Source: Asterionella formosa (lineage: Eukaryota). Taken from it: DNA of 28,114 nt. Positions within the stretch are counted from its first letter, which is position 1. Each line of letters opens with the position of its first letter. The position numbers and the translations under genes are program-made. Below are positions 10,635 through 21,313 of this stretch, piece after piece. Under the pieces are notes generated by a model. That model worked only from the letters and a program-made list of their open reading frames with translations. It ran no database searches and was not told the origin of the DNA. Where the stretch lies: contig NKIB01011400.1 of the NCBI GenBank assembly GCA_002256025.1, positions 62,001-90,114 of the forward strand. The letters run 5' to 3'.

Positions 10635-11387
10635 ACTTTAAAAAATGACAATTGCAGCTTTCTTGTGAATAGAGGCGCTTGTATTGCGGTTCGCTGAATG
10701 TTTCGCACTCTCTGTCTCGTTTGTTGCTTGAAGATTGACTGGAGTAGACTTGGCTTTTTGCCCTTGTTCTGATTGGGAAAAAGACCTCTGCCACTGATAT
10801 TCTTGCTGCTGTTGCTGTTGTTGTTGTACTTGTAGTTACAGGCGGGCGACAACCACCATTGGGAATTACGATATCAGGAACTAATGTAATGACACTTAAT
10901 TTATATGATGTGTACGGTCTGATATTCTTCTGATGGTCCAGCAGTGGTTGGTTCTGGTTCTGCAGCCTTGGCTCTTTGAATGATGATGCGAGAAACGAGA
11001 GAAGAAAACGGCTTCTCCTCCCTTCCTCCTCAATATGCATCCTCCTGTACATATATAATCATACATCACTACTTTGTATACACCCTTGTGCATAAATTTT
11101 AGCTGCTGCACTAACAAGGAATGGATCATTGTTTTGGCGATGAGGCGGGTCATGCTGGCTCGAAAGTAAAAATATAGTTATCATGAACATGAAATGAATT
11201 GAACACACGCCGCCGCACACCATTGGAACCACTATTTGTACAGATAAACACACAATCTTATAAATAATGCTTGATATTGTAATTACCGGGAGTTGAGGTC
11301 ACAATTAAAAAAAATACCATCATCATTATATCCTAGGCTTTGGTGTTATACTACCGGGGGTAGTCTACTGTGTTGTTGTAGTAAAAG

Positions 11388-14320
11388 TTAGAGGCATGTC
11401 CAAAATTCCGCTTTACTCAAGTCACTGGCTTGAAGCATTTCCAAAAATTTCGCATTTGCTCTCATATTCTCCGTCGTTTGCGCAATTTTTCTAGCATTGG
11501 AAGGACATGGATTCTTGGCGAAAAAGGCCTCAATCTCATTGGCCTTTTCATTGGAACAAAACCCACCAGCGCAACTCACAATGCATGCATCCATTAACGA
11601 CGGACTAGCCTTGGCAATCATGCCCTTGATCTTGCCAAAGTTATCTTGATAAAATTTCCAGCTAATCTCACGGCCTTGCCTTGAACTGTTACCAACTGAA
11701 CCCATCGCGTAAAAGAAATCTTGCAACTTGACTACTCCAGATGTGGTCCACTCAAGAGTTTGCAATTTAAGCGATGGGTCCTTGGTAGCCCCAAGAGACG
11801 CCAACACATGCTTACGTTCGGCATTGTTGGCAGCAGTGCTAAAGTAGGACAATACTTGATTGTATTCGACCTCACCTCCATTCTTCAAAACAATCTTGAA
11901 GACAGATGTTCTCATATCACTTGGCAAGGATAGCACATCGTTGGCATTCTCCAAAAACTTGGCAAAGCGCTCCTTGGCCTCACTTGCCACAGATTCGTCC
12001 TCACTGCAAAAATTCCCAAGCAAGCCAATCATAATGCTCCGCAACATGACAGTCAAATGACCATCATCAGGCTTTGCCTCCCATCCCACACGAGGGACCA
12101 ACCCTACCACAACCTTTTTGGCAAACTGGGAGAAGTTGGCAGCAATACTTTCATCATCTGACAAGACAGTATCAAGGCCCCCAAGCACAGATGCAAGACC
12201 CTCCCAAACAATGTAAGAGTCTTCCAGTTCATATGAAGCCACCAACTTGAGCAAGGTTTCTGGACTCATATGACCTGCCTTGACAAGAGCATACCCATCA
12301 CTCAACAACCCAGCACGATCACAAGGAGGCAATGCCTTTGATTTGATGGCATCTGAGAGACGACGAAGCATTTCGACAGTGTTCAAAACACGCATGGGCA
12401 CCTCCTGACCTGCATTGAGTTTGACCCACCCCCCAGCCGATGAAAGTGGAATAGTAATGGAAGCTGTTCTGTCTCGCATCAAGACCATATCTTGCTGAGT
12501 TCCATCACTAGTGCACGTCATGATTGGAATTGTCCACTTCTTGGCAGCTTCGTCCGGTGTCAACTCTGCTCCATCGGACAAGAACCAAACTTGCTCCAAT
12601 TCCAGAGTCACTGAGGTTTCTTCCCAACTTTCCTTGGTAACCTTCAAGAGTGGGAAACCCATTTGTTCTGTCCACGACGTCATCATTTCACCTACAGGCA
12701 TTCCCGAAGTAGCTTCCCACGCATTCCACAAATCGTATGTTTCCGTATTCCCATACGCATGCTTGGCCATGTAATTTCCCAACCCCTCTTGAAATGCCTT
12801 CATTCCCAAGACAGCCTTGATCATGCGCACAACAGCTCCACCTTTGCAATAGCTCACGGCATCAAAAATTTGTTCCACTTCTTCCGCATGATAAATGGGT
12901 ACTTGAATGGGATGACTACTCTTGAGTGCATCCAATCGCAATGCCGAACTCAAATGGCCAGTGGTAAATTGATCCCACATTTCAAATTCTGGATATAGCT
13001 CATTGGCTGCCCAATTCTCTGCCCAACTAGCAAATCCTTCATTCAACCACAAGTCATCCCACCATGCCATGGTAACAAGATTACCAAACCATTGATGTGC
13101 CAATTCGTGTGTCACGACTGTGACGACACGTTGTTTTTGAGAATTGGATGCGGTGATTGGGTCAATGAGCAAATCAACTTCTCGGTACGTCACGAGGCCC
13201 CAATTTTCCATGGCCCCCGCAGCAAATTCCCCAATGGCGACCATATCTAACTTTGGTAGCGGGTATGGGACACCAAAGAATTCATTGTACTTGTCCAATG
13301 ATCGGACGGCACAATCAAGAGCAAAGAGACCTGCAGATGCCTTACCTGGTGGTGTATACACCTTGATCAAGACCCCATGATTGGTTTGTGCTTGCACAAA
13401 GTCAAACTCTCCAACACAAAAGGCTAATAAGTATGTGCTCATTTTTGGTGAATCCATAAAGGTTACAGTCCTCTTTGTAGTCGTGGAGGAGTTGCACGAG
13501 GATGATTTTTCTGGCATGTTACTAAAGCATGTCAAATGTGCATCAACAATGAGTGTTACAGCAAACACGGCCTTGCGGGCGGGTTCGTCCCAACATGGGA
13601 AACAACGACGTGCATCTAACGCTTCAAATTGCGTGGATGCCATAGTTTTCGTTTCTCCATGAATGTTGGTATAGGAGCTTCTGTAGAACCCTGCCATTTG
13701 GTTATTCAAAAAGCCAGTGTATACAATATCCAAAGTCATGGTGGAGGACGCTGGGAGGGCCTTGTCAAACACCATGGTGCAAGTGTTTGTTTTCAAGTTG
13801 ACACGGAACTAGAACAAGGTAGAAAGGTTTAGTCATCATGGTCGTTGAAAACAATAGTTGTTAGTACGATGAAAGCGGTGCTATACGTGTAGATGCACGT
13901 GTACAGAACAAGCTAACGACAAGGAACAACAAAGGACATACCTCGATACAATCGAAACTGTCCGCAGCCTCCCCCTGAGTACCGGTAGTCGTCACCTTGG
14001 CAGAAACAAACAATAGTTCCTTGGCATGAAGGGTAATTTCCGTATTGCCATCCAATAGATCAGCTGTCGTGTCCAAGAGGATACTAACTTGTCCCTTGAA
14101 TGTAAAGGCTACCAAGTCTGGTTCAATAGACACGTTGTACCTGTTTTCCCAGAGCGTTCCACAAAGTGTCAGAATGATACAGATATGATGCATATCCATT
14201 CACACGGATCATTGTAACGGGACAAGGACTGTGTGACTGCACTCACCTAGAGGGAACAATCGTACTAGGTAGCAATACGCGCCCAGCCGTCTTGTCCGCC
14301 TTCGTCGTTGTTGTTGTCAT
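11388..14320 (-). CDS. NPEPPS: M1 family puromycin-sensitive aminopeptidase, ~897 aa; exons 14320-14247, 14140-13942, 13808-11388
   Basis: GAMENWG exopeptidase motif, zinc motif HELAH...WLNEG, STQFE, YCKG and an ERAP1-like C-terminal domain. GT-AG introns 14246-14141 and 13941-13809 restore the frame (RVLLPSTIVPSRYNVSIEPDL). Confidence 0.93.
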
Positions 14321-16641
14321 GGTCAGGTGCTAGAATGGCACTAGTGTACTGTGTATGCTAATGATGATAGTTGTGTTGTTCAGTTTGTTATTTGTGTAAT
14401 GGCCATACATATCATTGCATCCATACCGGTACATACCGGTACATACTGGTAGACGTTTTCTTACCCGAGCGATATATTCCATTCATGTACATCGTGTACC
14501 AGAGAGTACTCATACCTGGTACTCTTGCGTTGTGTATGGCAGACGTTGCCTGATGCTGTAACAAATGCACCTGCCATGATCAGGAAAAGAATCCAGAAAT
14601 CCACACAGTGGTAAAACAGCCATGCAAATCATTGGATGCAAATTGAGCAAATCCAGTGCACTCACTGGCTGGCTGCCTTACAACAACAATGCAACGAATT
14701 TTGCAATTGGGTGCTGATTATGTTGTTGCTGTCCATCATGATCTCTTCTTGGCACTGCAAACATGATTGATCACCATGTCAGCCAGCAAATGCTTGAATC
14801 TAACAAGAATGAAGCAATGATGCTATGCTACATGTATTGCACATGAAGGACTGCAACTGTGGTGACCACACATGGATTTGAAAATAGACCTTGACCACAG
14901 AATGGGTCTTCATGATTATTGTCTACAAAAATCCATGATTCTTGCTGTTGTTGTATTGTCGTGGCCAGAAATGAACAGCACTGCAGCTACTACAACTAGG
15001 AGTATCACTATATGGTATGATGATTTGTTGCTGCTGCTGGCTGCTGCTAACTTTAATTGGTGAACAAATACCATATACACCAAGTGCTACTACTAATATT
15101 GTGCATGTTAGTAGTATTAATAGCACAAAAATCATTGATCAACCATGTATGATAAAGCTGGTCATTGTCATCAAGGACCAAATGAAGATCTTTCTCTTGA
15201 GTTTGGTGACATGGTGCTCTACATCAAAATAGATGCATCAGTGATGAAGTAACAGAACAGTTCAAGGACTTCAGTGTTGATGGCATGACAACTGCTGTTG
15301 TCAATGTGTATTATTGGATCTTTCACATTAGCTGTGAAAAAAGGTGCACTACTTCTACTAGCTAGCTAGCTTGCTAGTAGCTTACAAACAAATAGTGAAA
15401 TTTGATTGATTGGCAAAGCAATGCAAGTGCTAATGACAGGATTAATTTCTTTTTAACAAGTGTTATACTAATATGAGGTTTGGATCAAGAAAACTTAACT
15501 TGATCAGATGAAAGCACAGTTTGCAGTGGCACAAAGCATTGGTTGTTAGTTGACTGCTGGTGCCTCGTCAGTCAACACATCCTGCCTTTCTTTGTGAATC
15601 CAATGCTTTTTGTTTTAATCCATTGCTCTTTTTGCGCAGAGGGCTGTTCTTATGGCAACCATGATGAGATTTGAATGATACCTTGCAGCAAAACAGGCAC
15701 AAAATTGTTCGTGTTATTCATGGCTGTGTTGGTTTGAAGAAAAAAATTGGGAGATAGAAGGGAAACAAATATTATGTACAGGATCTGCACATGCAATCGT
15801 AAATCTGTGATCACTCTGCCTGTGTAGCTCTATGTAGGGGTATTGATGGGCTCCGAGGGCTATAGAATTCCAAATGAACGTGGTACTCCCGGGTGCCCTG
15901 CAAGAAAACTTTAGCTATCTTTATCCGATATTAAATTGTTTATTTAAGCAAAATGACCTCAACTTGCTTTTACTCCTTCTTATTATTTTTTAAACTAAAT
16001 TTCTCAATCTCCGCCCTACCCTTCATGTTGCAATTCGTCTTATATTTGACCTTGATATTCTTAAAATCTATCTCGTGCATCCAGATAAATAAAGTAACGA
16101 CTCCGCCCACTCCACTGACATCATGTGCCTATGTATGTACACACGAAGCGTTGAAAAGGCCTTAAGTAACTCTGTCTCAACGGCACGGCACGGTTTGTCA
16201 GTAATGTCGTCCTGGTCAAGTTTGGCGTTGAAAATGCTTCTCGTATGCATTTGCTTTTCGTGCACCTCTTCTGTTCCCTGATGCTGCTGTTTGCTGCTAT
16301 ATAAAAATTACGCTTCGTTGTCTTCATTGTTTTTTGCGTTTCAATAAAATACGATATTCTCCTGTCATCATTATACAACAACACAAATCATCCATCACTC
16401 ACTCTGTACTACCGGTACTAGCACTACTCTACTCAACTCTACTGCATTATTCTTGTTGGAGGAAAATTGGTAACAACGACAGTCAGGTCGCGATATCAAT
16501 TGTTGCGTTTGATTACCGGTAGCCAACAAACGGGAACTCATTAATAGAACGATTGAACGAACGAAGCGCTTCCTAGTTTAGTTGCCTTTGTCAACCAGGA
16601 TCACAAACACACACAGCATCCATTGAATTGTCGTTTTGCAA

Positions 16642-18330
16642 ATGGCATTTGCATTTAGAGATTGCATGAACCCTATTAGACTTCGTTCCAACAGTAGCAG
16701 CTGCAGTTTAATGTCTTCCCAGGTTGCTAATATCACGACCATTTCTGATCCACTACAAGGAGCCGTTGAGATTATAGAGGTAGGTGGTGGTGCCTGTCTC
16801 GTGGTTGCTGTCTTGTGTCTTCTCTATTGCGTCATGTCGTCTCACCCAATCATTCTTTTTATTAATACTATTATTCGCACTACCGGTACTCGTCGCAGGA
16901 CCACCTTTATTTCATAGCCTTGCGATCTCAGCCTCGCAGTGATCTCAAGTCAAGTTCGGGAAAGCCAATACACTTTTTCAATATTGATTCTGAATTGGTC
17001 TATTGGAATTTCTTTCTCGACTTTGGACCTTTGAACCTTGGCCAGCTCTACCGATTTTGTGTCAAACTCAATCAGAAGCTCCAAACACTCTCCAATCACT
17101 GTATTGTCTTTTATACATCCACCGTCCCTGCCAAACGAGCCAATGGGATATATCTTATATGTTCGTGGCAATTGTTGTATTTAGGCCGTTCTCCGGAGGA
17201 GGCACATGCCGGGTTTGTGAGAGATGGAACATTGACAACCACGAAGAATTCGTCTCAACCACCCAAGGTCCCATCAGCGACAATATGTGCCCTTCCCCCA
17301 TGGCATGATGCATCACCATCGACATGTACATACGAATTGACCATTATGGATTGTTTGCGAGGATTGAGCCTGGCACATTGGTATAAATTCTTTGATTTTG
17401 ATACATTTAATGTTGAAGAATATGAACATTTTGAGCAAGTGGAGGTAAGGCATGAAGGATATATTATTAGACTCATTGTCATTTTGGTGCAATATTTTTT
17501 AATATTTTATGTGGTCTCACCTCCATCATACATACATATATATTATATGGATATATATATCATTCCTTTGACCTACTTTTATCCAGAATGGCGACTTGAA
17601 TTGGATCATTAAAGATAAAATTCTGGCATTTGCTGGACCTCAATTTAAACGCAACGTATCTCCCGAGGGGTATTGCACATTAAGTCCACAAGAGTACATT
17701 CCCTATTTTAAAAAGAAAAATGTGGCGTTGGTGGTACGATTGAACAAGAAATGTTACCATGAAAAGGAATTTATAGACGTGGGGATTTCTCATGTCGAAC
17801 ACTATTACTTGGACGGTTCATGCCCACCCATGGGCATTCTCAATAAAGTGATTTCGGCGTTTGAGGCTTGTCCAACAGACAAGGCTTTTGCTGTACACTG
17901 CAAGGCGGGGTTAGGGAGGACGGGAACATGTATTGGGGCGTACATTATGAAACATTACAAATTTACAGCAGCTGAAGTAATTGCATGGATGAGAATTTGT
18001 CGACCGGGCATGGTGATTGGTCCACAACAACAATTTTTACAAGATATTGAACAACGTATGTGGCATGAGGGAAATGCCATGACTTTGAAACCAACACAAG
18101 ATGCCAAGTTGGTCCGAAGTAGAGACACCAAATTTCAGGATGGGTCTCCCAAGTCAGTCATAACGGCATCGCCCCTGCATTTTGGATCGTCGACTAGGAT
18201 GGATTATCCTCTTTCAAATAGAGAAACTGAAGCAGTTACTGGTCGGCCGGGACAAGCGGATGGGTTGCTAGCAGCTCGTCGAACACAAGTCACGCGAACG
18301 TCTTCACGAAGGCTTTTTCAATATACATGA
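16642..18330 (+). CDS. CDC14: Dual-specificity protein phosphatase Cdc14, ~475 aa; exons 16642-16779, 16899-17444, 17587-18330
   Basis: Catalytic VHCKAGLGRTG; N-terminal domain FFLDFGPLNLGQLYRFC; junctions EIIE|DHLYF and EHFEQVE|NGDLNWII across GT-AG introns 16780-16898 and 17445-17586; RICRPGMVIGPQQ. Alternative start ATG at 16711. Confidence 0.93.
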
Positions 18331-18753
18331 TTGAGCGCTTCTAATTATTGAAGGGGATTACTGCGAAGGGAAAAAATCAACCAGACCATTAATACTAAGC
18401 AAAAGTAGTAATCATAGAAGCACTAATGTTGACTTCGCCTTTCATCTCCTCTGGTCATTATTTGCATTTTAATTTCAATGATCTTTGTTTGCTCCCTATG
18501 AACCACCACTTCTACTTGAATCCGTAGCGCGACTGTAGCAAGCTTGGCGTGATTGTCGTTGATAGTAGGCTCAAATTACAGGGCGAACTGCTATTTATAT
18601 AATCAATTGATATTCTAAATTCTTTACCATTTTATGCATTTTTGCTCTGTTGTCCTGTCATGGCTCGAATATGAGCTTTATTTCAGCAATAAAATGGGTC
18701 AGACTGACACCACACTTTGGGTAGAAGCATACAGTACTTCTCATCCAACCTTT

Positions 18754-19446
18754 CTAAGCAGAGACAGCAATTTGCTGCAACTTCCTAGTCTTCTTGGCTT
18801 GGATTCTGTCAATATCGGTTTTTGCGTCTTCAATACACTCACGTATGTCCATCTCTGTCACTGTCGTCTCTGGAATCGATGAATTCCCACCGGTAACCTT
18901 GCTCAACAAATTCTTCGTATTTTTCAGTGCACTCTTGATTCCGCCAACAGTTGGAGTCTTTTCCTCAGCCTTGGCCAACTGAGCCACCGCGGCCTCATAG
19001 ACGTCGATTCCAAAGGCTTCCTTTCGGATCTTGAGTTCTCGATCGATCAATGCCAAGCTAGCGCTCAACTTTGTCTCCGTTCCGGCATAGGAGATCCAAT
19101 TTCCAGCAGCCTTGGCTTTCTGTCCGGCCGTGTCAGTTGGTTTGTATTCTTCCTTCATTCGATCTGTTTCCAACATTTCCAATTCCGCTAGTTTGACATC
19201 CTTTCGCTGCTGAATCTCCGACATGTCTACCTTTGCGGCCTCATAGGATGGCAGCACGAGCGACTCCGTGTCGTGGAAGGGCGAGTGAATGACGATTTTC
19301 CCCTTGGCTTCCATGGAAGCCATGAGATCGTACATGACAATTCCAAATGCCTTTTGGCGAACGGCCATTTCTCGTTCCAGGAGAACAATTTCGGCCTTGA
19401 GTTTCGTACGGATGGCAGCGCCCTTGGCAGAATCCAACAAGCCCAT
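18754..19446 (-). CDS. Hypothetical coiled-coil protein (230 aa) built from two internal repeats
   Basis: ATG at 19446 starts MGLLDS. The sequence is charged and helical with two homologous halves (TKLKAEIVLLEREMAVRQKAFG / TKLSASLALIDRELKIRKEAFG). Confidence 0.8.
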   Translation of the reverse strand: MGLLDSAKGAAIRTKLKAEIVLLEREMAVRQKAFGIVMYDLMASMEAKGKIVIHSPFHDTESLVLPSYEAAKVDMSEIQQRKDVKLAELEMLETDRMKEEYKPTDTAGQKAKAAGNWISYAGTETKLSASLALIDRELKIRKEAFGIDVYEAAVAQLAKAEEKTPTVGGIKSALKNTKNLLSKVTGGNSSIPETTVTEMDIRECIEDAKTDIDRIQAKKTRKLQQIAVSA

Positions 19447-21313
19447 GATTGATGTAGTTGTTGGTTTGTGATTGGGAAAAGGAAAATAGAAAGATGACAG
19501 AAGAAGTTGAAAACGACAACGACACCTTTTGAAATTTATGAGCAAAATGGTTCATGCTGTCGCGTTCAGGCACAACAAGCAGCACGCACGACAACAACAG
19601 CACTCCTCAGTGCACACCCATGCAAAATAAAGCAGGGAGTGCATTTCACAAGACTCACAGTAGTTACCACCAGTCAACCACAAGCGCAGCCATATTTACC
19701 GGTATTTCGGGTCTCTCTACATAAGCAAAATGTATTCAACACTATCATATACAGGGTACCTGGTACTACTACCTACTACCAGTACCAATGGAAAACATCT
19801 GTAAAGTTTACCCAATCTTGTAACTGAACACAACTTCTGGTGGTATGCTACCAGGGTCTATCCAGTAGTTTAGTGGTACCATGGTAGTATGATAGGCAAT
19901 TATAACCACTGATGGTACCAGGTACCAGGTATGTATTGTCACTACTAATTGATAAATATAGGCGGCAGGAAAGATAGGAACATCAGTATAATATTCAGTT
20001 AATTCTTTCTTTTGAAATTCTCATTGAATCTCTCACCACTGATGTTGGCAAACAATATGCACAGCCCTGTGATCCTGTTCCATGGTGTCTAATTAGCTGG
20101 ATATAGTTATTCATCTAACAGCAAGCCATACACTAGTAAACTGCCCAATTTTATGAATTAGGATTAGAATTCTACTTGCAGTAGGAGTAGCACAGCTAGT
20201 ATGCTGGATGCTGTTGCTTGTTGTAGCAAGCTAGCTGACATATTCATCATGCTTCAGGCAGTAACTATCTTGCTTTGCAGTGATCCACCAAATCACTCAC
20301 TTCACAATGTTGTAGATCATTGAAAGAGAAAATGCACAAATCATGATGGATTCATCTCAGATTAGTCAACAATTATAGCTCAATATAGGATGAGAATACT
20401 GGATACATTGATCAGTCACCAGTTAAATGCCACTATGTATGTACGAGGACATGAATGAAAATTGAATATTGTGATGGCAGGAGCAGTAGGATGGATACCA
20501 GTACAATAATGTGCAATATCTATAGTAGGATATTTACCGGTATACCGTTACCAGGGTACCCTACTTTGTCGAGACATCAATGACTTTGATTCACGTACAT
20601 GCTCTTCTTGTTGAAGTTCGATTGAGAAATGTTGATATTGACAAAATTGATATATTTAGTTTGGGATAAATGCTCGTTAATTCTTGTATCGTTGTTTCAC
20701 TTTTTCATTACCTGGTGGGACCGGAATTCCCTTGTCGTCTGTCACTTTGGCTTCCAAAATAAACCTTAACTTTGTTCCATTTATCAATTAGTGACCACGG
20801 CTCATATGTACCGATAGTACATATCGGTATGTAGGTTCGCATTGTTGTTCACTATGAAAGTCGGTACTGAATAAATATATTTTTATTTCTTTGTACTGTA
20901 CTTATGTACCTTTAAATTATGGAAGTGCTGTGTCCAAAGCCCCTTGCATGCGAATCTAAAATATTTTGTCAATTTTAGTCGATGCTCACTTTTTCCACAG
21001 TACAACAAAATAATTTACAAGACCACGGCTATATCCAAATTCCAACGAACGGAGGAGTAAAACCATCACAAGGAGAAAAACTCGCAGCAGCACACTTTCA
21101 AACAACGCATATTTGCCGGCCTCTTTCATTTTAACAGCGTGACTGCACAGACTGTTTGTCCTTACACACAACAACTACCAATACTCGTGCGGCTTTGAAC
21201 AACAGTCTCGCATTTCTGTCTGAACTAGAAATCAAATATCTCATACCACAAGTATCATATCTCATAATTCAATACCCACGGGGGGGAGGACAACTCTTTT
21301 TCTATCACGTGAG

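Noticed and set aside
10635..11253. Several 64-154 aa minus-strand ORFs upstream of LITAF
   Set aside because: Low-complexity, no motifs; more simply the LITAF 5' UTR/promoter and the aminopeptidase 3' region.
15549..15576. 8-bp hairpin GTTGACTG/CAGTCAAC
   Set aside because: Single short stem with no CTRR terminus or U-tract; compatible with chance.
16068..16384. Short minus-strand ORFs divergent from Cdc14
   Set aside because: No recognisable domain or consistent splice model.
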